64,000 nt of DNA, taken from Dehalococcoidia bacterium. GTDB taxonomy: Bacteria > Chloroflexota > Dehalococcoidia > UBA2979. A program made the translations under genes and the position numbers. Positions 43,933 to 56,681 of this stretch are shown piece after piece (positions within the stretch are counted from its first letter, which is position 1; every line of letters starts with the position of its first letter). A model generated the notes under the pieces. The model did no database searches, was not told where the DNA came from, and saw nothing but the letters and a program-made list of their open reading frames with translations. The DNA lies in assembly GCA_964291495.2 (NCBI GenBank), contig OZ219872.1:384001-448000 (forward strand), read 5' to 3'.

Positions 43933-44859
43933 GTGAGCAGCGAGAGCGCGGGTCCGGCGATCAGGGCGAGAGCGAACTACGGCGGCCAGGCCGTCGTCGA
44001 GGGCGTCATGATCCGCGGGCCGCGCGCCGTCGCGACGGCGGTGCGCAAGCCGGACGGCGAGATCGCCGTGCGCAGCAGGCTGCTCAGCGGCCTCTACAGC
44101 GCCCGGCTCCGGCGCATCCCGCTGCTGCGCGGCGTGCTCGTGCTCTGGGAGACGCTCGCGCTCGGCATCTCCGCGCTCACCTGGTCCTCGGCCGTCGCGA
44201 ACGACGAGGTCGACGAGCACGGCGAGGCGAAGCCGCTCGGCGTGGCGGGCTGGGCCTTCCTCGCGCTGATGCTGCTGGTCGCGCTCGCCTTCTTCTTCGC
44301 CGGGCCCGTGGCGGCGACGGCGTGGCTGGAGCGCCGCTTCCCCTCGCCGCTGGTGATCGCCTTCGAGGGCGTGCTGCGGATCGGATTGCTGATCGGCTAC
44401 ATCTGGCTGATCGGGCGCTCGCAGGAGGTGGCGCGGGTCTTCCAGTACCACGCGGCCGAGCACATGACGATCAGCGCCTTCGAGCACGGCCGCGAGCTGA
44501 GCGTGCAGGCGATCCGGCGCTTCCCCAAGGAGCACCCGCGCTGCGGCACCTCGTTCCTGCTGACCGTCGCCGTGATCGCGGCGCTCGCCTTCATCCTCGT
44601 GGGCGCGGAGCCGCTGTGGTGGCGCTTCGTCTCGCGCCTCGCGCTCGTCCCGCTGATCGCCGCCGTCGCCTACGAGGCGATCCGCTTCGCCGGCAACCGC
44701 CTCGACCGCCCACTGGTGCAGGCGCTCTTCTCCGCCAACATCGCGCTCCAGCACCTCACCACGCGCCCGCCCGACGACGCGCAGATCCAGGTCGCCGTCG
44801 CCTCGTTGGAAGCCGTGCTGGAGGAGGAGCGCGAAACCCCCGAGGGCGCAACCCGCTAG
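43933..44859 (+). CDS. DUF1385 family membrane protein
   Basis: GGQAVVEGVM, FQYHAAEH, HPRCGTSF, LQHLTTRPP. Confidence 0.9.
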   Translation: MSSESAGPAIRARANYGGQAVVEGVMIRGPRAVATAVRKPDGEIAVRSRLLSGLYSARLRRIPLLRGVLVLWETLALGISALTWSSAVANDEVDEHGEAKPLGVAGWAFLALMLLVALAFFFAGPVAATAWLERRFPSPLVIAFEGVLRIGLLIGYIWLIGRSQEVARVFQYHAAEHMTISAFEHGRELSVQAIRRFPKEHPRCGTSFLLTVAVIAALAFILVGAEPLWWRFVSRLALVPLIAAVAYEAIRFAGNRLDRPLVQALFSANIALQHLTTRPPDDAQIQVAVASLEAVLEEERETPEGATR

Positions 44860-45548
44860 CCGTCCGCCAGCAGCGCGGGCAGCTCGCCCAGCGACCGCAC
44901 ACGCAGGATCGAGGGGTCCTCGACACGGTTTTGGCGGTCGATCAGCACCGAGTGCAAGCCGGCTGCTCGCGCCGGGTGGTAGTCGTTGTCGAGCCGATCG
45001 CCGATCGCGAGCGTCGTCTCCGGGCGGCCGCCCATGCGCTCCACGGCGCTGGCGAAGAAGGCCGGGTCCGGCTTCGAGATGCCGACCTCCTCGGCGTAGT
45101 GCGTCGCAGCGAAGTAGCCGTCGAGGCCCATCGCGGCGAGCGCGACGTTGCCGTTGGTGGCCGCCACCAGCGGCAGTCCGCGGCCGTGTAGCTCGGCGAG
45201 CACCGGCTCCGCGTCGGGGAACACCGCCATCGCCTCGTCGCGTGCGCGGTAGTAACGGTCGTGCAGCTCGTCGAGCGCCCACGGATCCTCGATCGCGAAG
45301 GCCTCGAGGATGCGCCGGAACGACTCGCGCCGGATCGCGACCAGCCGTCGGCCGCGCCAGGCCGGGTCGCGCGCCACCTCGTTACGCAGGGCCCGCAGCT
45401 GGCGCGGGTCGACCTCGACACCGCCGGCGCGCCGGGAGACCTCCCGCGCGACGACCTCGAGGCCCCCGTCGATCGCGCGGCTGAAGTCCACGAGCGTGCC
45501 GTCGATGTCGAAGATGACGAGCGAGACGGCGAAGGGCGGGCCGCTCAC
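44856..45548 (-). CDS. HAD-superfamily hydrolase
   Basis: FDIDGTL, ATNG, SKP, IGDRLDND. Confidence 0.88.
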   Translation of the reverse strand: MSGPPFAVSLVIFDIDGTLVDFSRAIDGGLEVVAREVSRRAGGVEVDPRQLRALRNEVARDPAWRGRRLVAIRRESFRRILEAFAIEDPWALDELHDRYYRARDEAMAVFPDAEPVLAELHGRGLPLVAATNGNVALAAMGLDGYFAATHYAEEVGISKPDPAFFASAVERMGGRPETTLAIGDRLDNDYHPARAAGLHSVLIDRQNRVEDPSILRVRSLGELPALLADG

Positions 45549-45561
45549 CGGCTGACCGGCG

Positions 45562-45917
45562 TCAGGCGGACGGCGAGCCGACGAGGCGCGGCGCGGCGTC
45601 CTCCGGCTCGACGAAGCAGGAGTGCGCGCCCGTGTGGCAGACCGCGCCGCCGAGCAACTCCACCTGCAACACGAGGGCGTCCGCGTCACAGTCGGTGCGG
45701 ATCTCGTGGACGCGCACGTAGTCGCCGGAGGTCGCGCCCTTGTGCCAGAGCTCCTGGCGGCTGCGCGACCAGAACACGGCCTGCCCGAGCTCGAGCGTCT
45801 GGCGCAGCGACTCGGCGTTCATGTAGCCGAGCATCACCACCTCGTGGCTGAGGTGATCCTGGAGGATCGCGGGGATGAGCCCCGCGCGTCGTAGCGGAGT
45901 TCGGAAGGGTCAATCAC
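45562..45917 (-). CDS. hisI: Phosphoribosyl-AMP cyclohydrolase, with a 1-nt deletion near 45881
   Basis: [13 protein letters not shown] / [44 protein letters not shown], split across two frames. Confidence 0.9.
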
Positions 45918-46732
45918 GCGCCGTCTCCCTCGTCCGGGCCGCCCCCGGCGTCCTCGTCCTCGACGGGCCGCATCGGGATGCCGCGGTCCGAGAGGTAGCG
46001 CTTGAGGTCGGCGATGTCGTACGTGCCGAAGTGGAAGATCGAGGCGGCGAGCACGGCCTCCGCGCCGCCCTCGGTGAGCGCCTCGTAGAGGTGCTCCGGT
46101 GTGCCCGCGCCGCCCGAGGCGATCACCGGCACCTCGACGGCGTCGGTGATCGCGCGCAGCAGCTCGAGGTCGTAGCCGGTCTGGTGGCCGTCCTTGTCCA
46201 TCGAGGTGACCAGCAGCTCGCCGGAGCCGCGCTCGACCGCCTCGCGCGCCCAGCCGAGCGCGTCGATGCCGGTGGGGGTGCGGCCGCCGTGGGTGTAGAC
46301 CTCCCAGCCCGCGTCCGGGTTGCCGGCCGCGCGGCGCTTGGCGTCGATCGCGACGACGATGCACTGCGAGCCGAAGCCGTGCGCGCCCTCGCCGATCAGC
46401 GCGGGGCGCTCGACGGCGGCCGTGTTGAGCGAGACCTTGTCGGCGCCCATCTCGAGCATCATGCGCACGTCCTCGGTCGAGCGGATCCCGCCGCCCACGG
46501 TGAACGGCACGAATACCTGGTCCGCGGTGCGCGCCACCATGTCGTAGACGCTCGGCCGGTTGTCGGAGGAGGCGGTGATGTCGAGGAAGACCAGCTCGTC
46601 GGCGCCCGCCTGCTCGTAGGAGGCGGCGAGCTCGACCGGGTCGCCGGCGTCGCGCAGCTCGACGAAGGAGATGCCCTTCACCACGCGCCCGCGATCGACG
46701 TCGAAGCAGGGGATGATGCGCTTCGTCAGCAT
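45914..46732 (-). CDS. hisF: Imidazole glycerol phosphate synthase, cyclase subunit
   Basis: [40 protein letters not shown]. Confidence 0.97.
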   Translation of the reverse strand: MLTKRIIPCFDVDRGRVVKGISFVELRDAGDPVELAASYEQAGADELVFLDITASSDNRPSVYDMVARTADQVFVPFTVGGGIRSTEDVRMMLEMGADKVSLNTAAVERPALIGEGAHGFGSQCIVVAIDAKRRAAGNPDAGWEVYTHGGRTPTGIDALGWAREAVERGSGELLVTSMDKDGHQTGYDLELLRAITDAVEVPVIASGGAGTPEHLYEALTEGGAEAVLAASIFHFGTYDIADLKRYLSDRGIPMRPVEDEDAGGGPDEGDGA

Positions 46733-46763
46733 CGGCTCAGCGCCCCGTCCCCGGCGCGCGCAG

Positions 46764-46823
46764 CTCCTCCGGTCCCCTCTCCCCGAAGGCCCTCACCCCC
46801 GCTCTCTCCCCAGGGAGAGGGGG
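46764..46823. repeat. REP-like family A element inside the his operon
   Basis: CCCTCACCCCCGCTCTCTCCCCAGGGAGAGGG at 46790, preceded by CCTCCGGTCCCCTCTC. Confidence 0.8.
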
Positions 46824-46868
46824 CCGGACCGCGCTCGAGGCGGGGGGTCGCAAAGGTCGCCGCCGCGG

Positions 46869-47579
46869 TCATGCGACGGCCAGCGCCTCGGGGAGCGAGA
46901 CCTCGCCGGTGTAGAGGGCGCGCCCGACGATCGCCGCCTCGACGCCGCAGTCGGAGAGCCGCCGCAGGTCGTCGAGGGTGCTCACGCCCCCGGCGGCGAT
47001 GACGGCGATCGAGGTCTCCGCGACCATCGCCTCGTACATCTCGAAGTTGGGGGAGCCGCGCACGCCGTCGCGGTCGATGTCCGTGTAGACGATGCGCTCG
47101 ACGCCGATCGAGGCGAGCTGGCGGATCAGCGAGGTCGCGTCGACGTCGCTGCCTTCGGTCCAGCCCTGCAGTTGCACGATGCCGTCGCGCGCATCGACGG
47201 AGACGATCAGCCGGTCATGCGCGACGGCGACGGCCTCGCGCAACAGATCGGGGTCGCGGACCGCTGCGGTGCCGAGCACGACGCGGTTCACGCCGCCGTC
47301 GAGTGCGGCGCGCACCGTCTCGATGTCACGGAGGCCGCCGCCGGTCTGCACGGCCGCGCCGACGGTGTGGACGATGCGCCGCACCAGCGCCGCGTTCACC
47401 TGCTCCCCCGCGCGCGCGCCGTCGAGGTCCACGATGTGGATGCGGCGCGCGCCGAGGGCGGCCCAGCGCACGGCCACCGCGACCGGGTCGTCGTCGAACA
47501 CCGTCTCGCGGTCGTAGTCGCCCTGGCTGAGGCGTACGCAGCGTCCGCCGCGGATGTCGATGGCCGGGATCACCTCCAT
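46869..47579 (-). CDS. hisA: ProFAR isomerase
   Basis: MEVIPAIDIRGGRCVRLSQGDY, HIVDLDGA, YTDIDRDG. Confidence 0.96.
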   Translation of the reverse strand: MEVIPAIDIRGGRCVRLSQGDYDRETVFDDDPVAVAVRWAALGARRIHIVDLDGARAGEQVNAALVRRIVHTVGAAVQTGGGLRDIETVRAALDGGVNRVVLGTAAVRDPDLLREAVAVAHDRLIVSVDARDGIVQLQGWTEGSDVDATSLIRQLASIGVERIVYTDIDRDGVRGSPNFEMYEAMVAETSIAVIAAGGVSTLDDLRRLSDCGVEAAIVGRALYTGEVSLPEALAVA

Positions 47580-48241
47580 CAGGCGCTCCCGCCGCTGGTG
47601 GCGGCCGCCTCGGGCGCGATCGAGCCGCCGTTGAGCGCGAGCCGCAGGAAGTTGTCGTAGAGCCGCAGGCCCGCCGCGCCGGACTTCTCCGGGTGGAACT
47701 GCGTCGCGATCAGGTTGCCCCGCCCAACGATCGAGGCGAACGGTACGCCGTGCTCGGTGCTGGCGATCGTCAGCGCCGGGTCGTCGGGGCGCGGGTAGTA
47801 GGAGTGCACGAAGTAGCCGTAGGCGCCGTCCTTGACGCCCTCGAGGACGGGGTGCGGCCGCTCGATGCGCAGCGTGTTCCAGCCCATGTGCGGGACCGTG
47901 AGCCCGCCGGGGAAGCGCACGATGCGCCCCGGCAGCACGCCGAGGCACTCGTGGTCGCCGCCCTCCTCGGAGCTGTCGAAGAGCGCCTGCATGCCCATGC
48001 AGACGCCGAGGAAGGGACGGTCGGCGGCGATGTACTCGCGGAGGGGCTCGACGAGGTTCGTGCGGCGGAGGTTGGCCATCGTGTCGGCAGCGGCGCCGAC
48101 GCCGGGCAGGATCAGCGCGCGGGCGCCGTCCACGGCCTCGGGATCGGACGTGACAACGGGCTCGATGCCGGCGTGGCGAACCGCCCGCGCGACGCTGCGC
48201 AGGTTGCCCGCTCCGTAGTCGACGATGACGACCTCGGCCAA
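47579..48241 (-). CDS. hisH: Imidazole glycerol phosphate synthase, glutaminase subunit
   Basis: DYGAGNL, LPGVG, GVCMGMQ, QFHPEKS. Confidence 0.96.
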   Translation of the reverse strand: MAEVVIVDYGAGNLRSVARAVRHAGIEPVVTSDPEAVDGARALILPGVGAAADTMANLRRTNLVEPLREYIAADRPFLGVCMGMQALFDSSEEGGDHECLGVLPGRIVRFPGGLTVPHMGWNTLRIERPHPVLEGVKDGAYGYFVHSYYPRPDDPALTIASTEHGVPFASIVGRGNLIATQFHPEKSGAAGLRLYDNFLRLALNGGSIAPEAAATSGGSA

Positions 48242-48278
48242 GTCCCGGGTCTCCTCAGTGCAGCTGATCCGATTCTAG

Positions 48279-50357
<2,079 letters not shown>

Positions 50358-50368
50358 CCCCCGGCGAG

Positions 50369-50401
50369 TTATCCACAGGGCGCGCCGCATCTGGCTATAC
50401 T
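50369..50401 (+). promoter_or_regulatory. Perfect DnaA box (TTATCCACA) over the -35 position of the putative mreB promoter (-10 TATACT at 50396-50401)
   Basis: Direct match to the consensus DnaA box. Confidence 0.6.
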
Positions 50402-50510
50402 GAGCACGCGGGCGCCTGCGGCGGGCCCCGCTGGCCGCTCCCCTCGCAGCGCGCAGGGCGAGCGCTCGCTGGCAACACCCGGGATTGAACGCCGCGAAAG
50501 GGGACCCTCC

Positions 50511-51575
<1,065 letters not shown>

Positions 51576-51728
51576 CGGGAGCAGCCGGGGAGCGTCCGAG
51601 GCGCGATCTGCTAGACTCGGAATGGCCGGGTGGGCAGGCGCCGACAACACGTTTCTGCCGTATCTGACGATCTGATCGCCACGGCCCGGACTCCTCGACA
51701 CTGATCGGATCGTGCGGAGGGCGCGCCC

Positions 51729-52562
51729 GTGGCCGTACTACGCCACGCCTTCTGGCTGATCGCACTCCTGACGCTGGCAGGAGCCTTGCTCGCGGGCTCC
51801 CGGGCGCAGGGCGCCGCCCAATTCGAGGAGCGCGGCGGCCTGATCGTCGCGCCGTTGATCGAATCCGCCACCAACATCGCACGCAGCATCTCCGACGCCG
51901 CCCAGCACGGCGGCCGCGTGCAGGAACTGAGCAGCGAGAACGCCGCGCTGCGCCAGCAGATCGCCCGCCTCGAGGGCGAGAACGCGAGGCTCCGCGAGTC
52001 CGCGATCACGAGCGGACAGCTGGCCGACCTGCGGGCCGCCGCAGGCGCCGAGGAGGTCGGCTCCACTCTCGCCGCGGCGGTCGTGCTGCGCGATCCGGCG
52101 CCCGGCCGCGACGTGATCGTGATCGACCGCGGCGCGCGCGACGGCGTACGCAAGGGGCAAGCCGTACTGGGCAGCGGCGCGACGCTGATCGGCCTCGTCT
52201 CCTCCGTGCAGGACCAGCGCGCGCGCGTTCGCCTGCTCAGCGACCCGCAATCGGCGATCGCGGCCGTCGTGCAGTCCACGCGAACGCAGACCGCGCTCAC
52301 CGGCAGCCGCGACGGCCTGCGGCTCGAGTTCGCGCCGATCGCGGATCCGATCAGCGAGGGCGACCTCGTGATGACCTCGGCGCTGATCGGCGGGCTGCCC
52401 GGCGGGCTGCTCGCCGGCCTGGTCACGGAGGTCGACCGCAGCGGGCAGGATCTGTTCGCCGACATCAAGGTCGAGCCGCTCGCGACCTATGACCAGCTCG
52501 AGCACGTGCTCGTGATCACGGAGCCATCGCGGACGGCCTCGGGGACGGGGACGGCGAAGTGA
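51729..52562 (+). CDS. mreC: Rod shape-determining protein MreC
   Basis: TM segment, coiled coil (ENAALR), IDRGARDGV, GDLVMTS..GGLPGG. Confidence 0.88.
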   Translation: MAVLRHAFWLIALLTLAGALLAGSRAQGAAQFEERGGLIVAPLIESATNIARSISDAAQHGGRVQELSSENAALRQQIARLEGENARLRESAITSGQLADLRAAAGAEEVGSTLAAAVVLRDPAPGRDVIVIDRGARDGVRKGQAVLGSGATLIGLVSSVQDQRARVRLLSDPQSAIAAVVQSTRTQTALTGSRDGLRLEFAPIADPISEGDLVMTSALIGGLPGGLLAGLVTEVDRSGQDLFADIKVEPLATYDQLEHVLVITEPSRTASGTGTAK

Positions 52563-53113
52563 ACATGCTGACCGGGATCGTGCTGTTCCGGCTGGCGTTC
52601 GCCGGCGCGGCCACGCTGCTCGGCGTGGGCGCGGCGCTGCTGCAACTCGGGTCGACGCCGATCTGGATCGAGCAGCCACTGGCGGCGCCCGTGCTGCCGC
52701 TGGTCGTGATCGCGGGCTGGGGCGCCGCGCGCGGCCTCGGGGAGGCCGTCGCCGCGACGGTTCTCGCCGCGATCGTGCTGGGCGTCGCCTCCGAGGAGCG
52801 CGCGGGCTGGTTCCTGCTGGCGATGCTGCCGACGGCGGTGCTGCTGCTCCCGGCCAGCGCGCTGCGGCGCTGGGAGCGGCTCCTGCTGGCGCCCGTCGCG
52901 GCGGCGCTCGGCGTCGTGGCGTTCCAGGCGCTGATGCGCTTCTCGAGCGGACTCGGCGCGCTCGCCGCCGAGCAGCAGAACCAGCTGTTCGAGGGGGCAA
53001 CCTGGACCGCCGCCGCCGCCCTCGTCCTCGCGGTGGTCCTCGCTGCAGGCGGATGGGCGTTACGCTGGCGACCGGCGATCGATCCCGATGCGCCCTGGAG
53101 GCTGTTCGAGTGA
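52559..53113 (+). CDS. mreD: Polytopic membrane protein in the MreD position
   Basis: Hydrophobic, about 5 TM segments, located between mreC and mrdA. Sequence is divergent. Confidence 0.6.
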   Translation: MNMLTGIVLFRLAFAGAATLLGVGAALLQLGSTPIWIEQPLAAPVLPLVVIAGWGAARGLGEAVAATVLAAIVLGVASEERAGWFLLAMLPTAVLLLPASALRRWERLLLAPVAAALGVVAFQALMRFSSGLGALAAEQQNQLFEGATWTAAAALVLAVVLAAGGWALRWRPAIDPDAPWRLFE

Positions 53114-55065
53114 ATCACGAGCGCTTGTTGGCACTCCAGGCCGTGGGGGCGCTGTTGCTGCTGGTGGTCGCCGTGCAGCTCGTCCGCCTCCAGATCTATG
53201 GGGAGGTGCCCGCCCTCGCCGCCTCGCGCGACGCACCGCCCGGCGCGGTCAGCGGGGAGTTCGTGCGCAGCATCCCGGTGGAGCCCCTGCGCGGCCTGAT
53301 CACCGATCGGCGCGGCGCCATCCTCGCCCACAATGTCGCCACCTTCTCCCTGGCGCTCGTGCCCGGCGACCTGCCGACCGACCCGACGGAGCGCCTGGTC
53401 GCGCTGCGCACCATCGAGCGGATCGGCCTGGTGCCCCGATCCGCGATCGAGGACGCGCTCGCCCAGCCGCTCGCGGAGATCGACCCACTCGCGCCGTTGA
53501 CGCTGCGCGACGGCTTCGACCGCGAGGAGGCGATCGCGCTGCGCGCCGCCCTGGCGGACGTGCCCGCCGCGCTGGTGCGCACGGCGCCGCGACGCGTGTA
53601 CGGGGGCGGCGACCTGCTGGCGCACATGATCGGCTACGTGGGCCCGATCACCGCCGAACAGGCCGACGCCTACCTCGATGCCGGCTACCGCCTCGACGCG
53701 CTGGTGGGGCGCGCCGGCGTGGAGCTGAGCTACGAGTCCGAGCTGCGCGGCGAGGATGGCGAACGGCTGGTGGTCGCAGACCCTGTAGGCCGCGAGCTGC
53801 GCAGCCTCGGCGCCGACCCGGCGCTGGGCGGGGTGGACCTGGTGCTGAGCATCGACTCGGAGTTGCAGCTCGCGGCCACGGCCGCACTCGCGAAGGGCAT
53901 CGAGCGGGGCATCGATTACGCGATCAACGAGGAGAACCGCGACCCGGATGAGCTGGCGCGCTCCGGGGCGGTGGTGCTGCTGGACGTGCGCAGCGGCGAG
54001 TTGCTGGCGCTGGCGACGTACCCCTCGTACGACGTGAGCGCATTCGCCTGGCACAACCGCGGCGAGGACATCTCGGCGCTGCTGAACGACCCGACCCGCC
54101 CGCTGGTCCACCGGGCGTACATGGAAGCGCCGGCCCCCGGCTCGATCTTCAAGCCGTTCGTCGGGGCGGCCGCGCTGCAGGAGGGCGTCGCCACTCCCGC
54201 AACCCGGATCTTCAGCAGCGGCACCCTGGAAATCCGCTCGATCTACGACCCGGAGGTCGTCTACACGTACCGGGACTGGGCGCCGCACGGGCTGCTGGAC
54301 TTCTACACGGGGCTGACGCGCTCCTCGGACGTCTACTACTACTACCTCGCCGGCGGCTACGACCAGGACGGCGAGGTCTTCGAGGGCCTGGGCGTGGAGC
54401 GGGTGGCCGCGTACGCGCGAGCGTTCGGGTTCGGCACGCCGACCGGTCTGGACCTGCCGGGCGAGTCGTCCGGCCTCGTCCCGGACGCCTCCTGGAAGGA
54501 GGAAGTGATCGGCGAGCCCTGGGTGCTGGGCGACAGCTACAACATGGGCATCGGGCAGGGTTTCCTCGAAGTCACCCCGCTGCAGATGGCCGTCGCCACG
54601 GCAGCGCTCGCCAACGGCGGCGAGCTGTTGGTACCGCGCATCGCGAGCGCGCTGCGGACCCCGGACGGCGTGGTCCCGATCGAGCGCCAGGTCGCGGGCG
54701 CCGTGCCGATCGACGCCAGGCACCTGGAAGTGGTTCGCGAGGCGCTGCGCCGCGCCGCCGACGACGGCGGGACAGCCTGGCGCGGGGAGCCCTCGGACGT
54801 CGAGATCGGCGGCAAGACCGGTACCGCCGAGTTCGGCCGGACGAACGCCGAGGGGCTGCTCGCCTCGCACGGCTGGTACATCGGCTTCGCCCCCTACGAC
54901 GAGCCCGAGGTCGCGATCGTCGTCTACCTCGAGTACGGCGTCGGCGCGACGCACGCGGGGCCCGTCGCGAAGGAGATCCTTGCCGCCTACTTCGGCATGG
55001 ACGCGAGCCCGGAGGATGACTGGTACTGGAGCCCGGCGGCCACGGTCGGGAGGGTGCGGCCATGA
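53110..55065 (+). CDS. mrdA: Penicillin-binding protein 2 (class B)
   Basis: RGLITDRRG, SIFK, SSD, KTGTAE motifs. Confidence 0.92.
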   Translation: MNHERLLALQAVGALLLLVVAVQLVRLQIYGEVPALAASRDAPPGAVSGEFVRSIPVEPLRGLITDRRGAILAHNVATFSLALVPGDLPTDPTERLVALRTIERIGLVPRSAIEDALAQPLAEIDPLAPLTLRDGFDREEAIALRAALADVPAALVRTAPRRVYGGGDLLAHMIGYVGPITAEQADAYLDAGYRLDALVGRAGVELSYESELRGEDGERLVVADPVGRELRSLGADPALGGVDLVLSIDSELQLAATAALAKGIERGIDYAINEENRDPDELARSGAVVLLDVRSGELLALATYPSYDVSAFAWHNRGEDISALLNDPTRPLVHRAYMEAPAPGSIFKPFVGAAALQEGVATPATRIFSSGTLEIRSIYDPEVVYTYRDWAPHGLLDFYTGLTRSSDVYYYYLAGGYDQDGEVFEGLGVERVAAYARAFGFGTPTGLDLPGESSGLVPDASWKEEVIGEPWVLGDSYNMGIGQGFLEVTPLQMAVATAALANGGELLVPRIASALRTPDGVVPIERQVAGAVPIDARHLEVVREALRRAADDGGTAWRGEPSDVEIGGKTGTAEFGRTNAEGLLASHGWYIGFAPYDEPEVAIVVYLEYGVGATHAGPVAKEILAAYFGMDASPEDDWYWSPAATVGRVRP

Positions 55066-56219
55066 TCCGCGAGGCGCTGACGGGACAGCTGCAGCGCAGC
55101 GACGTCACGCTCTGGGCGGCCGTCGCCGTGCTCGCCTCGCTCGGGCTGGTCAGCGTGTACTCGGCCACCCTCGCGGAGCCGCCGCACCCGCTGCTGACCC
55201 CCGCCGCCCTGCGCCACGCCCTGATCGCCGTCGCAGGAGTGGCCGCGATGGTCTTCGCGGCGCGGTTCGACTACCGCCTGTTGCAGCAGGGAAGCGCCGC
55301 ATTCTACCTGCTGACCGCGGCCCTGGTGCTGTTCGCCGCCGTGGCCGGCGAGACGGAGTACGGGGCAAGGCGCTGGCTCAGCGTCGGAGGCGCGACCTTC
55401 CAGCCCTCGGAGCTGGCGAAGCTGGCGCTCATCCTCGCGCTCGCCTCGTACGCGAGCGCGAGGACGCCACGGCTGCCGGCTCTGCTGTTCTCGCTGCTGC
55501 TGCTCGGCGCGTTGGCGCTGCCGGTGTTGGCGCAGCCGGACACGGGCACGGCGCTGGTGCTGATCGTCGGGTGGCTTGCCGTCGTACTCGTCTGGGGCGC
55601 GCCGCTGCGCACGCTCGGAGGGCTATTCGCGGCGCTGGCGGGGGTGATGCCGCTGATCTACGCGCTGGCCGTCCCGGACTACCAGCGCGAGCGCATCGCC
55701 GTCTTCCTCAATCCCGAGCGCGATCCGCTCGGGACCGGCTACACCCTGCGCCAGGCGGAGACCGCGCTCGCCGAGGGCGGCGCCACCGGCAGCGGCCTGT
55801 TCGGTGGCAGCGAGTCACACCTCTACGGCATCCTCGCGCGCTCGAGCGACTTCGTGTTCGCGCTGATCGGCGAGGAGTTGGGGCTGATCGGGACGCTGTC
55901 CGTGGTCGTGCTGTTCGCCCTGGTCGCCTGGCGGGGGTTCGAGGCCGCGCGCCACGCACCGGACACGTTCGGGCGGCTGCTGGCGTCCGGCCTGACCGCG
56001 CTGCTGCTGGGCCAGGCGATCCTCAACATGGCGGTGAACGTGCGGCTCTTCCCGGCGACGGGCCTGCCGCTGCCGTTCATCTCCCAGGGCGGCACCTCGC
56101 TGCTGGCGACCTTCGTCGCCGTCGGTCTGCTGCAGAGCATCTACGCGCACCGCGCCCTGCCTCGGACGCCCCTCGGCGAGCCGACGGATCCGGGTGCGGC
56201 GCAAGCGAACGAGCGCTGA
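55062..56219 (+). CDS. rodA: SEDS glycosyltransferase RodA
   Basis: GARRWL, FQPSELAK, QPDTGT, DFVFALIGEELG, LPFISQGG. Confidence 0.92.
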   Translation: MIREALTGQLQRSDVTLWAAVAVLASLGLVSVYSATLAEPPHPLLTPAALRHALIAVAGVAAMVFAARFDYRLLQQGSAAFYLLTAALVLFAAVAGETEYGARRWLSVGGATFQPSELAKLALILALASYASARTPRLPALLFSLLLLGALALPVLAQPDTGTALVLIVGWLAVVLVWGAPLRTLGGLFAALAGVMPLIYALAVPDYQRERIAVFLNPERDPLGTGYTLRQAETALAEGGATGSGLFGGSESHLYGILARSSDFVFALIGEELGLIGTLSVVVLFALVAWRGFEAARHAPDTFGRLLASGLTALLLGQAILNMAVNVRLFPATGLPLPFISQGGTSLLATFVAVGLLQSIYAHRALPRTPLGEPTDPGAAQANER

Positions 56220-56234
56220 CGCGACGGCCGGACC

Positions 56235-56681
56235 GTGATCGAGAAGGCGTACGGGTTCGTGCTGCGCGAGCGCGCGGCGGGCCTTGAGTTGCTCGTGTTC
56301 GAACATGCCGGACAGCCCGAGGCAGGGCTGCAGGTTCCGGGCGGCACGGTCGAGGACGGCGAGACCGCGCTGGCGGCCGTCGCACGCGAGGTCGAGGAGG
56401 AGAGCGGTTTGCGGCTCGAGGGCTGGGAGGCGGCGGCAACGCTCGAGCACGTGGACGTACCAGGCTCCGCCACGCCCGGGCCGCAGCGTTGGCACTGCTT
56501 TGCGGTCACGCCCGCGGCGCTGTTGGCGGACTGCTGGCGTTTCGAGCCTCAAGGCTCCGCAAGCGAGCGGGGCCTGCGCTTCGAGTATCGCTGGGTCGCG
56601 CTGGCCGGCGGCGCACCGCTGGCCGGGCGGCAGGAGGACGCGCGGCTGGCAGTGGCCGCCTCCGTAGCGGAGCGCAGGTAG
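56235..56681 (+). CDS. NUDIX hydrolase
   Basis: PGGTVEDGETALAAVAREVEEESG Nudix box. Confidence 0.88.
   Translation: MIEKAYGFVLRERAAGLELLVFEHAGQPEAGLQVPGGTVEDGETALAAVAREVEEESGLRLEGWEAAATLEHVDVPGSATPGPQRWHCFAVTPAALLADCWRFEPQGSASERGLRFEYRWVALAGGAPLAGRQEDARLAVAASVAERR

Noticed and set aside
54325-54335. SxD instead of SxN in PBP2
   Set aside because: This is the normal variant in the PBP2/MrdA subfamily.
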